Part shown: positions 8,140 through 17,104 of the stretch, in pieces | How positions within the stretch are numbered: position 1 is the stretch's first letter | Layout: every line of letters begins with the position of its first letter | Origin: an uncultured Gemmatimonadales bacterium | Lineage (GTDB): Bacteria; Gemmatimonadota; Gemmatimonadetes; Gemmatimonadales; GWC2-71-9 | DNA length: 64,000 bases | Direction: 5' to 3' | Assembly (NCBI GenBank): GCA_963828735.1 | Contig: CAWHFW010000005.1 | Span: 1,472,001 to 1,536,000, forward strand | Notes under the pieces: generated by a model | What the model saw: the letters and a program-made list of their open reading frames with translations, nothing else | Told to the model about the DNA's origin: nothing | Databases searched by the model: none | Translations under genes and position numbers: made by a program

Positions 8140-10185
8140 TCATGATGCGACGGCATGCTCCTTCTGATTCTCGGCCGCCACCTTCGCTGCGACGTCGGGA
8201 GGCGCCTCGGCGTAGCTGTGAAACTTCTCGCGGTGCGCGCCGCGCCCGTGGGTGATGGAGTGCAGCGTCGTCGAGTACTTGTAGAGCTCGGCCTCGGGCA
8301 CGATCGCCCGCACCTTGGTGAGCCGGCCATCCTGCTCGGTGCCGAGGATCTGCCCGCGGCGGGCGCTGAGGTCGCCCATCACGTCGCCGAGCACGTCTTC
8401 CGGCGCCCAGGCCGTGACCTCGATCAACGGCTCGAGCAGCACCGGCCGCGCCTTGGGCGCCACGTTCCGGAAGGCCAGGATGCCGGCCATCTTGAACGAC
8501 ATTTCGTTCGAGTCCACATCGTGGTACGAGCCGTCGAAGCACTCCACCTGGAAGTCCACCATCGGGTAGCCCGCCACCACGCCGCGCTCGGCTGATTCCT
8601 GGACGCCGCGGTCCACCGCCGGGATGTACTTGTTGGGGATGACACCGCCCACGATCTCGTCCACGAACTCGTAGCCGGCACCTCGCGGTCTCGGCGCCAT
8701 GCGGATCCAGCAGTCGCCGTATTGCCCGCGACCGCCGCTCTGCTTCTTGTGCTTCCCCTGGCCCTCGGCCTTGCCCTTGATGGTCTCGCGATAGGCGATG
8801 CGCGGTCGGGCGAGCTCAGCGTGGACGCCGTACTTCCGCTCGAGACGCTGCAGGATCGTCTCGAAGTGACGCTCGCCCATGCCGTGAATCAGCGTCTGGC
8901 CCAGCTCGGAGCTGTATTCGAAATGGAAGGTCGGGTCTTCCTCGTGGAGCTTGTGCAGCCCGGCCGCCAGCTTGTCTTCCTCGCCCCGCTGCTTCACGAC
9001 CACGGCGGACGTGGCCTCCGATTCCGGCAGCGGAATGGGCGGCAGGCGCAGGGGCGCGTCGCGCCGGCTGAACGTGTCACCCGTGTGCGTGTCCTTGAGC
9101 TTGGCGACCGAACCGATGTCGCCCGCGCTCAGGCGCTCGACCTCGATCCGCTCCTTGCCTTGCTGGATCGACAGGTGGTTCAGCTTCTCGGCCACCTCGT
9201 GCTCGGCGTTCCAGACTTCGTCGCCATTACGGATGTCGCCCGCATACGAGCGGAACAGGGTCACGTCGCCCACGTGCGGCTCGGACATGGTCTTGAAGAC
9301 CCGCCCGACCAGCGGCGCCTCGAGGGGCGACGGGCGCTCGGCCGGCGAGGGGAACAGCTCCACCATCTTGCGCAGCAACGTCCGGAGCCCGAACGTCTGC
9401 GTCGCGCTGCCGCAGAAGAGCGGCACGATCTGCCCGGCGAGCATCGCCTTCTTGACCGCGCCGATGAACTGCTCGCGCGGAATCTCCTCACCCGCGAGGT
9501 AGCGCTCGATCAGGTCGTCGTCCGTCGAGGCGACGGCCTCGGTCAGGTGCTCGTTGTATTCCTGGAAGCGTGCCTGATACTCGTCTGGAATCGGCACCAC
9601 CTCGTTCTCGCCTTTGCTCGCCCCCTTCTTGTAGAGGTGGCAGTGACCCGAAAACAGGTTGATGATGCCGTGGAAGTCGGGGCCGTCACCGATCGGGACC
9701 TCGACCGGCACGACCTTGGGGGTCAGATGGGCCTTCACGTTGGTGAAGACCCGCTCGAAGTCCGCGTGCTCCTTGTCCATGAGGGAGACGAACAGGAGTC
9801 GGGGCAGATGCAGCTGGTCGCAGACTTCCCAGGCGCGTTCGGTGCCCACCTCCACCCCGCTCGTGCCGCTCAGCACGACGACGGCGGCGTCGGCCGCGTG
9901 CAGGCCGGTCACGACTTCGCCGAAGTAGTCGAGGTAACCCGGAGTGTCGATGAGGTTGAGCTTGGTATCCATCCACTCGGCGTAGCCGAGCGCGAGGTTG
10001 ATCGAGTGCTGCCTGGCGATTTCGTCCGGGGAGTAGTCGGTGAGCGTGGTACCGTCTTTGATGCTGCCGTGGCGCCGGCTGGATCCGGATACCCAGGCGA
10101 GGGCGTCGACGAGCGACGTCTTGCCGCTGGCCCCGTGGCCGACGAACGCCACGTTGCGAATGGCGTTGGAGCCATAGACCCTCAT
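8140..10185 (-). CDS. fusA: Elongation factor G paralogue (EF-G2-like)
   Basis: GHGASGKT P-loop, DTPG, GMGE.H, AYRETI, HKKQSGGRGQYG, GSYHDVDS and LLEPL; lies outside the str operon; GGAGGTGG RBS. Confidence 0.9.
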   Translation of the reverse strand: MRVYGSNAIRNVAFVGHGASGKTSLVDALAWVSGSSRRHGSIKDGTTLTDYSPDEIARQHSINLALGYAEWMDTKLNLIDTPGYLDYFGEVVTGLHAADAAVVVLSGTSGVEVGTERAWEVCDQLHLPRLLFVSLMDKEHADFERVFTNVKAHLTPKVVPVEVPIGDGPDFHGIINLFSGHCHLYKKGASKGENEVVPIPDEYQARFQEYNEHLTEAVASTDDDLIERYLAGEEIPREQFIGAVKKAMLAGQIVPLFCGSATQTFGLRTLLRKMVELFPSPAERPSPLEAPLVGRVFKTMSEPHVGDVTLFRSYAGDIRNGDEVWNAEHEVAEKLNHLSIQQGKERIEVERLSAGDIGSVAKLKDTHTGDTFSRRDAPLRLPPIPLPESEATSAVVVKQRGEEDKLAAGLHKLHEEDPTFHFEYSSELGQTLIHGMGERHFETILQRLERKYGVHAELARPRIAYRETIKGKAEGQGKHKKQSGGRGQYGDCWIRMAPRPRGAGYEFVDEIVGGVIPNKYIPAVDRGVQESAERGVVAGYPMVDFQVECFDGSYHDVDSNEMSFKMAGILAFRNVAPKARPVLLEPLIEVTAWAPEDVLGDVMGDLSARRGQILGTEQDGRLTKVRAIVPEAELYKYSTTLHSITHGRGAHREKFHSYAEAPPDVAAKVAAENQKEHAVAS

Positions 10186-10480
10186 GGCCTCCACCTCCTT
10201 GCGAATGTTGGATTCTCAAGGTGGCGGGCGGCCGTGGAGTTGTCAAATCACGGATCGTCGCCGCTCGTGGCTCGTTGCAGACGGACCGCGCCGGGGACCT
10301 GCAGACCGGCGCCGCCGGGAGCAGGCAGGCACTCGGCGGCCAGGACCGTATCGGCCACGGCCAGCCCGCCGAGCCTGAGAGTAAGGAGCGCCGATCGGAA
10401 TCGGTCGCACCTGACGTGGGCGAGGTGCACCCGAACCAGGAAGATCCTCCAGCTCGAGTCCCATCCGTCAGGGAGGCCCC

Positions 10481-12376
10481 TCAGCGGTATCCCGCCGCCT
10501 GCAGCTGAAACAGCTCCGCGTACAACCCGCCCTGCGCCACCAGTGCCTCGTGGGTGCCGTGCTCGACCAGCTCGCCGTCGCGGAGCACCAGAATCCGGTC
10601 CGCCATGCGCACCGTGCTGAACCGATGGGAGATGAGCACCGCCATCCGCCCGGCCGTGAGCTCCGAGAACCGCAGGAAGACCCCGTACTCCGCCCGGGCG
10701 TCGAGCGCGGCCGTCGGCTCGTCGAGGATGAGCAGCTGCGCATCCCGCATGTACGCGCGCGCCAGCGCCACCTTCTGCCACTCCCCGCCGGAGAGATCCA
10801 CCCCGTTCTCGAAGCGGCGGCCGAGCATCTGGTCGTAGCGGCCCGCGAGCCGGGCGGCCACCGTGTCGGCCAGGCTCCGCTGGGCCGCCGTCTCGATCCG
10901 CGGCTCGTCCTCCCGCGCCGCGATGTTGCCGACGGCGATGTTCTCCTTGAGCAGGAAGTCGTAGCGGACGAAGTCCTGAAAGATGACCCCGACGTTGCGG
11001 CGCAGGCTGTCCACGTCGTACTCCCGGAGATCAACCCCGTCCAGCAGGATACGTCCTTCGGTGGGGTCGTAAAGCCTGGCGAGCAGCTTCACCAGCGTCG
11101 TCTTTCCCGCGCCGTTCTCGCCCACGAGCGCGAGGCGCTCGCCTTGGGCCAGGGAGAAATCGAGGTGACGCACCGCCCATCCCTCGGCGCCGGGATAACG
11201 GAACCCCACGTCCTCGAACACGAATCCCGTTCGGATTGGCTCGGGGACCTTCCGGCCCTCGGGGTTCCGGCGGATCCCCGGCTCGAGCTCGAGAAAGGAG
11301 AAGAGGTCGTCGAGATAGAGGCTTTGCTCGAATACCTGCGACAGCGACAGCAGCACCCGCTGGATCAGGTCGCGGCTCTGCCGGAACGAGCCCGCGAGAA
11401 ACGTGAGCACGCCGATCGTGAAGAGCCCCGCGGGCGAGCGGTAGCCGGTGACGGTGAGGTAGATGATGACCGCGTACGCGCCATAGTATCCCAGCGTACC
11501 GAGCGCGGCGAGGAGCGTCGAGACGAAGCTCCGCCGCACCGCCAGGCGCTTGTTGGCCTCGTAGAATTCCTGGCTCAACCGGTCGTAGCGGTCCACCAGA
11601 AAGTCCGACAGCCCGAAGAGCTTGAGCTCCTTGGCGGAGATGTCGCTGGCCCCGATGTAGCGGAGGTAGTCGAGCTGTCGCCGCTCCGGCGTCCAGGAGT
11701 ACAGCAGCGAGTAGCCGAGCGAGGCGAAGTGGGTCTCGCCCAGCAGGGACGGGAGCACTGCGATCACGAGCAGGACAAGCAGCCAGGGGACGTAGACGGT
11801 GAGCGCGGCCGCCAGGGTCGCCAGCGTGATCGCGTCCTGGACCGTGGCGAGCAGGAGGGTGAAGAGCCCGATCCGGCCCACCGTCTGCCGCCGCGCGCGT
11901 TCGAGCTTGTCGTAGACTTCCGAGTCCTCGAATTGCTCGAGGTCGAGCGTCGCGGCGTGCCGCATGAGCTCGACGCTGGTCTGATTCGCGAACAGGTCCC
12001 CCAGCAGGCTCTCGAGCAGCGCCGAGAGCCGCGCGAGCGCCTCGCCGATGAGGGCCACCGCGAGCTCGAGCGCCAGCAGCTCGACGAGCCGCCGCCAGTC
12101 CACCGTGCCGCCGTGGCCCGCCACGCCGATCGCCCGGACCACCTCGTCGACGATCAGCTTGCCGATCCAGAGGACCACCAGCGGCACGAACGAGCGAGCC
12201 ACCCGCAGCACCAGGATGCCGGCGACGTAGCGCGGCTCCGAGTGCCACACCAGCCGGAGCAGGCGTGGGACGTGCTTCAACGCGTCGACGCGTTCGCGCC
12301 ACCCCGGCTTGGGCGTGTCGGGCTTACGGGCCCCCCGGTTGGGCCGTACGATTGGGTGCTGAAGCGGCAACGTCAT
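10481..12376 (-). CDS. ABC exporter, fused permease and ATPase
   Basis: N-terminal TM region; GENGAGKTT, LSGGEWQK, ILDEPT and ISHR. Confidence 0.92.
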   Translation of the reverse strand: MTLPLQHPIVRPNRGARKPDTPKPGWRERVDALKHVPRLLRLVWHSEPRYVAGILVLRVARSFVPLVVLWIGKLIVDEVVRAIGVAGHGGTVDWRRLVELLALELAVALIGEALARLSALLESLLGDLFANQTSVELMRHAATLDLEQFEDSEVYDKLERARRQTVGRIGLFTLLLATVQDAITLATLAAALTVYVPWLLVLLVIAVLPSLLGETHFASLGYSLLYSWTPERRQLDYLRYIGASDISAKELKLFGLSDFLVDRYDRLSQEFYEANKRLAVRRSFVSTLLAALGTLGYYGAYAVIIYLTVTGYRSPAGLFTIGVLTFLAGSFRQSRDLIQRVLLSLSQVFEQSLYLDDLFSFLELEPGIRRNPEGRKVPEPIRTGFVFEDVGFRYPGAEGWAVRHLDFSLAQGERLALVGENGAGKTTLVKLLARLYDPTEGRILLDGVDLREYDVDSLRRNVGVIFQDFVRYDFLLKENIAVGNIAAREDEPRIETAAQRSLADTVAARLAGRYDQMLGRRFENGVDLSGGEWQKVALARAYMRDAQLLILDEPTAALDARAEYGVFLRFSELTAGRMAVLISHRFSTVRMADRILVLRDGELVEHGTHEALVAQGGLYAELFQLQAAGYR

Positions 12377-12407
12377 CCTGAGGAAGCTAATCGCCGGAGA
12401 CGCCCCG

Positions 12408-13016
12408 ATGCCTCACATCGATTGGTCCAGCCTGTGGTTCAACCTGGCGCACTTCGGCACGCCGGACAGCACGACGCACCCGGTCTCCCTCGCGGAGAAA
12501 GTGCTGCGCCCGGCGATCGTGTACCTGCTGCTGGTTTTCCTGCTGCGGCGGATGGGCAGGCGCATTCTGGCGCAGCTCAACCCCTTCGATTTCGTCGTCC
12601 TGCTCACGCTCTCGAACACGGTCCAGAACGCGATCATCGGGAACGACACGTCCCTCCTGGGCGGCGCGATCGGGGCGGGCGCGCTGATCGCGGTCAACGC
12701 GCTGCTGGTCCGGTTCTACTATCGCGGCCCCGAGGTGCAGCAGCTCTCCAAGGCGGACCTGGATGCGGTCCTGATCGCGGGAGGCCAGCCGCAGGAGCGG
12801 GAGATGCGCCGGCTCCACATCAACGCAGGCGAGCTCACGGCCAAGGCGCACGAGCGTGGGTTCGACAGCCTGGATGAGGTCGACTTCGCGGTGCTCTACC
12901 CCAACGGGACCATCTATTTCCGCGGCAAGGAGTCGGCGTCGGAGAACGCGCACTACGAGGAGATCATCCGGCGCCTCGATTCGCTCGGCGCCCAGGTCGC
13001 GGCGCTCCGCGGATAG
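12408..13016 (+). CDS. DUF421/YetF family membrane protein
   Basis: LRRMGRR..AQLNPFDFVVLL.LSN and V.FAVL.PNG.I patterns. Confidence 0.85.
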   Translation: MPHIDWSSLWFNLAHFGTPDSTTHPVSLAEKVLRPAIVYLLLVFLLRRMGRRILAQLNPFDFVVLLTLSNTVQNAIIGNDTSLLGGAIGAGALIAVNALLVRFYYRGPEVQQLSKADLDAVLIAGGQPQEREMRRLHINAGELTAKAHERGFDSLDEVDFAVLYPNGTIYFRGKESASENAHYEEIIRRLDSLGAQVAALRG

Positions 13017-13086
13017 ATCGGCCGCCCGCCGCGCGCGAGGACGGGTCGAGTTACCGCTCACTCCGGCGGCTCACTATCTTCCCGCC

Positions 13087-13797
13087 ATGCCACCCACCAC
13101 CACCGCGTTCGTCACCGGCGCGACCGAAGGGATCGGTCGCGCCACCGCCTTCGCCCTCGGGCGCGCCGGCTTCGCCGTGGGCGTTTGCGCCCGCACGGCC
13201 AATCGGGTGGACGGGCTCGTCGCCGAGCTCCGCGCCGAGGGGATCGCCGCGGCGGGCGCCGCCGCCGATGTGGGCCAGCCGGAGGCCGTGACACGGGCGG
13301 TCGCCCACGTGTCCGAGGAGCTCGGCGAGATCGGGCTTCTGGTCAACAACGCGGGCGTGCTGATCGCTCGGCCGTTCGAGGAGCTGACCCTCGAGGACTG
13401 GGACACCACGATGGCCACCAACCTGCGCAGCCTCTACCTGGTGACGCGGGCCGTCCTCCCTGGAATGCGCCGGCGGCGCGAGGGCACGGTGGTGAACGTC
13501 GCGAGCCTGGCCGGCCGGAACGGCTTCGTCGGCGGAACTGCCTACACGGCCTCCAAGCATGCCGTGCTCGGCTTCGCCCGCTCGCTGATGCTCGAGGTCC
13601 GGAAGGAAGGCATCCGGGTGATCACGATATGCCCGGGCTCCGTGGACACCGATCTGCTCCGCGACCAGCCCATGCTCAAGTCCGATCCGCAGCGCATCCT
13701 TCAGGCGGACGATGTGGCGCAGGCCGTCGTCGACGCGGTCCGGCTCCCGTCCCGCGCCCTGGTCAGCGAGATCGACCTCCGGCCGACCAACCCGTAG
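13087..13797 (+). CDS. Short-chain dehydrogenase/reductase
   Basis: TGATEGIG, NNAG, YTASK catalytic motif and CPG.VDT. Confidence 0.92.
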   Translation: MPPTTTAFVTGATEGIGRATAFALGRAGFAVGVCARTANRVDGLVAELRAEGIAAAGAAADVGQPEAVTRAVAHVSEELGEIGLLVNNAGVLIARPFEELTLEDWDTTMATNLRSLYLVTRAVLPGMRRRREGTVVNVASLAGRNGFVGGTAYTASKHAVLGFARSLMLEVRKEGIRVITICPGSVDTDLLRDQPMLKSDPQRILQADDVAQAVVDAVRLPSRALVSEIDLRPTNP

Positions 13798-13799
13798 CC

Positions 13800-14015
13800 G
13801 TGCCGGGCATCTTCGTCAGCATGTGCGTCTGTCGCCATATGCCATTCGAGCGGCTGCTGCCGCTCGCACGCGCCGGTGGTTGGGGACTCGACGAGATCGC
13901 CCGCGCGACCGGGTGCGGCGCGGGCTGCGGCCTTTGCCGCCCCTACCTGCGGCGGATGCTGGCCACCGGCGAGACCGAATTCCACGAGCTGCTGGTCGAG
14001 GATCACGACGCGTGA
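13800..14015 (+). CDS. BFD-like [2Fe-2S]-binding protein
   Basis: CVC...GCGAGCGLC pattern in a 71-aa ORF; GTG start 2 nt after the SDR stop. Confidence 0.75.
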   Translation: MPGIFVSMCVCRHMPFERLLPLARAGGWGLDEIARATGCGAGCGLCRPYLRRMLATGETEFHELLVEDHDA

Positions 14016-14160
14016 GCCGGCCGATTCGAATCCGGCGCCTCCTCGGCCACGGCCGTCTTCCAGTTCAGCTCCCTACCGAACGCCCGGTCCGCCACGTTTC
14101 GGTCGGCGACGCGGAATGAAGCCCTTGAACACTCAGGGCCGCAGGTCCACCTTTCAGCCG

Positions 14161-14499
14161 ATGCCATTCGGCCGCCTTCTCCGGCTGTTCCTCCTGGCCC
14201 TCCCGCTCACGCTGGGCATGGCCAGAGGCGCGGAGCATTCCCGCCCCGCGGCGGCCGATCCGGTCTCCACCATCAGCGCTCCGCGGGAATCGCTCCCGCC
14301 GCCGGTCCACGACGAGGCGACCTGCGCCTTCTGCCAGGCCGCCATTTTCCCGCCCTGCGCCCCACAGCCGACGACCGTCTCGCTCGACGCGCTCGGCGTC
14401 GTTCGCCAGGAGTGCGCCGCGGCCGACGAGGCCACGCCGCACTTCACTACCCACCGCCTCACCACCACCCGGGCACCACCTACGCTCCGTTCGGCCTGA
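14161..14499 (+). CDS. RAPP-motif leader peptide 1 (DUF2946/CruR/CutF-like upstream ORF)
   Basis: Signal-peptide-like N-terminus (RLLRLFLLALPLTLGMARG), HDEATCAFC (CxxC) and C-terminal TRAPP; ends 48 nt upstream of tolC. Confidence 0.75.
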   Translation: MPFGRLLRLFLLALPLTLGMARGAEHSRPAAADPVSTISAPRESLPPPVHDEATCAFCQAAIFPPCAPQPTTVSLDALGVVRQECAAADEATPHFTTHRLTTTRAPPTLRSA

Positions 14500-14545
14500 C
14501 GCGCGCGCCCATTCCGGGCGCGCCACTCAACCGTACTCGGAGCGT
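14482..14545 (+). promoter_or_regulatory. Anti-SD/SD sequestering structure in front of tolC
   Basis: ACGCTCCG (14482-14489) is the exact reverse complement of CGGAGCGT (14538-14545), which contains the tolC SD; the two enclose the hairpin GCGCGCCC-ATTCC-GGGCGCGC (14503-14523). Confidence 0.65.
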
Positions 14546-14547
14546 CC

Positions 14548-15960
14548 ATGTCCGTCCGAATCCGGACGGTCGCCCTCCTTGCCTTCTGGCTGGGGGGGGC
14601 GACCGTCGCCAGAGCCCAGGTCCCCCGGGGTGCCACCGCTGATTCGGTGGCGCGAGGCCTGGGCCCGGCCGATTCGCTGGAGCTCACACTCAGGTCCGAC
14701 TGCGTGGGAGCGAACGCGGACACCACGACACCGGGATCCGCCGAGGTGCCCCGCGACCTGCTGTGCCTGACCCGCCAGCAAGCGATCGCTCAAGCGTTGG
14801 CCAAGAACCCCCAGCTCCAGGTGGCGGCTGAGCAGGTCGCCCAGGCGCACGCGCGAAAGGTCCAGGCCACTGCGATGCCTGACCCCCAGTTCGCCGCCGC
14901 CTTCGACCAATCGCAGGGCCTGTTCGGCGCCGGGGGCGCCAGCGAGCGGAGCCTCGCTGCGACCGTCACGATCCCGTTCATCGACAAGTTCCGACTGCAG
15001 GGCCGGGTCGGGACGGCGGACGTCCGCTCCGCCGACTTCTCCGCCGCACTGGTCCGGCAACAGCTCACCTCGGCGACTTCACAAACGTACGACTCGCTCC
15101 TCGCCTCGCTCCGCCGCGAGCGGGATCTGCGGGAGGCCAAGGCGCTGGCCCAGGACTTCGTGCGACGAGCGGAGGCGCGGTATAACGCCGGGACGACGCC
15201 GAAGCTCGACCTCGTGCGGGCGCAGGTGGAGCTGGCGCGGACCGAGAACGATCTCATCGGAAACGAGCGCGACGTGGCCAACGCGCGCGCGGCCCTCAAC
15301 CGGCTCGTCGGCCGTCCGCTCGGTGCCCCGATCGCCGCCGCCGATTCCCTGGGCGTGCCGCCGGCGCCGCCGGACCTCGACCGGCTCGTGGCCGCCGCCA
15401 TGGCCGCGCGGCCCGAGCTCGGGAGCCTGAAGAGTCAGGAGGCGGGCGCGCGCGCGGCCTCCGGACTGGCGCGGGAGTACTGGCTTCCCGATCTCACCGT
15501 CGGCATCAGCCATGATTACGCCGATCCCGGGCCAGGCTACATCTTCAGCGGCGTGTCGCTGCCGATCCCGCTCTTCTTCTGGAATCACTCGCGCGGAGAG
15601 ATCGCCGAGGCGCACCACCACGAGCTCGAGTTGGCAGCGGCGTACCAGGACCTCGAGCAGCAGGTGGGTCAGGACCTCCGCGCGGCCTATGCGGCCGCGG
15701 CCGCCGCCCTCCGCCAGGCCGTCTACATCCGCGACCAGATCCTCCCGCTCGCTCGCCAGGCCTACCACATCGCCTCCGTCAGCTATGGCCTCGGGGGCTC
15801 TTCGGCCCTGGACCTGCTGGACGCCCGGCGCAACCTGCTCGACGCGGAAAGCCAGTACACCGACGCGCTGGCGGCCGCCAACGATACCCGCGCGGAGCTC
15901 GAGCGCGCGGCCGCCACTCCGCTGGATTCGCTCGAGACCGGAGGCACCAATGACCGATAA
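14548..15960 (+). CDS. TolC/CzcC family outer-membrane efflux protein
   Basis: Signal peptide; ALAKNPQL, RYNAG...LDLVRAQV and Y.LG..S.LDLLDAR repeats. Confidence 0.9.
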   Translation: MSVRIRTVALLAFWLGGATVARAQVPRGATADSVARGLGPADSLELTLRSDCVGANADTTTPGSAEVPRDLLCLTRQQAIAQALAKNPQLQVAAEQVAQAHARKVQATAMPDPQFAAAFDQSQGLFGAGGASERSLAATVTIPFIDKFRLQGRVGTADVRSADFSAALVRQQLTSATSQTYDSLLASLRRERDLREAKALAQDFVRRAEARYNAGTTPKLDLVRAQVELARTENDLIGNERDVANARAALNRLVGRPLGAPIAAADSLGVPPAPPDLDRLVAAAMAARPELGSLKSQEAGARAASGLAREYWLPDLTVGISHDYADPGPGYIFSGVSLPIPLFFWNHSRGEIAEAHHHELELAAAYQDLEQQVGQDLRAAYAAAAAALRQAVYIRDQILPLARQAYHIASVSYGLGGSSALDLLDARRNLLDAESQYTDALAAANDTRAELERAAATPLDSLETGGTNDR

Positions 15961-17104
15961 GCCCGCGCTCGGCTCGGCCCTCATGCTGGTCGCGGCCACC
16001 GTCGCCGCGTGCAGCGGCGGCTCGCGCCGGAGCGATCCCGGCGACAGCACCACAACCTCAGCGGGCCAGGTCGGCACGGTCGAGCTCGACACCGCGCAAC
16101 GCTCGCGGATTCACGTAGAGAAGGTCGCGCCAGAGACCTACAGGGCCAGCGTCACCACCACCGGCACGGTGGCCTTCAACGGCGACCGATCCACCCAGGT
16201 GATCGCGCCCATCTCGGGCCCGGTCTCGCGGATCCTGGTGTCGCCTGGGGCCCGAGTGGAGCGCGGGCAGCCGCTCGCGATCGTGTCGTCGCCGGACTTC
16301 GCCGAGGCGGTCGCCTCCTACCGCAAGGCCGAGGGCGCGTGGCGGAACGCGTCGCGCATCGCCAGCCTGGACGAGCAGTTGTTCGCCAACGACGCGCTGG
16401 CCCGGAGCGACCTCGACCAGGCCCGGACCGACCTGGCCGCGGCCACGGCGGATCGGGAGGCGGCGCTGTCGCAGCTCCGATCGCTGGGTCTCGACGAGAC
16501 GGCAATCGACGCCATTCGCGATGGCAAGTCGGTCTCGGCGGGCGAGAGTGCCGTCCGCGCGCCGATCGCCGGCACGGTGGTCGAAAAGCTCGTTACGCCC
16601 GGCCAGCTCCTGCAGGCGGGCGCCACGCCGTGCTTCACCATCGCCGATCTCTCCACGGTGTGGGTCATGGCCAACGTGTTCGAGAGCGACCTCGGCGCGG
16701 TCCGGCGCGGAGAGGCGGCCCTGATCACGACCAACGCGGCTCCCGACACCCTGCCCGGCCAGGTGGACTACGTCGCCGATCTGGTGGATCCGTCCACCAA
16801 GGCCACCGCCGTCCGCGTACTCGTACCGAACAAGGCGCGGCTGCTGCGGCGGGACATGCTCGTGCGGGTGACGATCCGGGGCCTCACGCCGAGCACCGGC
16901 CTCCTGGTACCGGTCGCGGCGGTGCTGCGGGACGACGAGAATCTCCCATACGTCTATGTGGCGTCGCCGGGCGGCTTCGCACGCCGGCGGGTGGACCTGG
17001 GCGGTCGGGTCGGTGACCGGTACGAGATCGCATCGGGGCTCGAGCCCGGCGAATCGGTAGTGACCGACGGGGCGCTCTTTCTCGAAGGCGCGTCCACCCA
17101 GTGA
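15950..17104 (+). CDS. RND periplasmic adaptor (CzcB-like MFP), lipoprotein
   Basis: Lipobox VAAC; APISG.V and VRAPIAGTV hybrid motifs; IADLSTVWV.ANV.E; overlaps the tolC stop. Confidence 0.9.
   Translation: MTDKPALGSALMLVAATVAACSGGSRRSDPGDSTTTSAGQVGTVELDTAQRSRIHVEKVAPETYRASVTTTGTVAFNGDRSTQVIAPISGPVSRILVSPGARVERGQPLAIVSSPDFAEAVASYRKAEGAWRNASRIASLDEQLFANDALARSDLDQARTDLAAATADREAALSQLRSLGLDETAIDAIRDGKSVSAGESAVRAPIAGTVVEKLVTPGQLLQAGATPCFTIADLSTVWVMANVFESDLGAVRRGEAALITTNAAPDTLPGQVDYVADLVDPSTKATAVRVLVPNKARLLRRDMLVRVTIRGLTPSTGLLVPVAAVLRDDENLPYVYVASPGGFARRRVDLGGRVGDRYEIASGLEPGESVVTDGALFLEGASTQ

Noticed and set aside
10243..10470. Short minus-strand ORFs between the ABC exporter and EF-G
   Set aside because: No recognisable motif or convincing start; could be a remnant but cannot be supported.
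14020..14049. TTCGAATCC...CCA as a tRNA gene
   Set aside because: No D-arm or anticodon arm, and wrong acceptor spacing; kept only as a low-interest structural finding.
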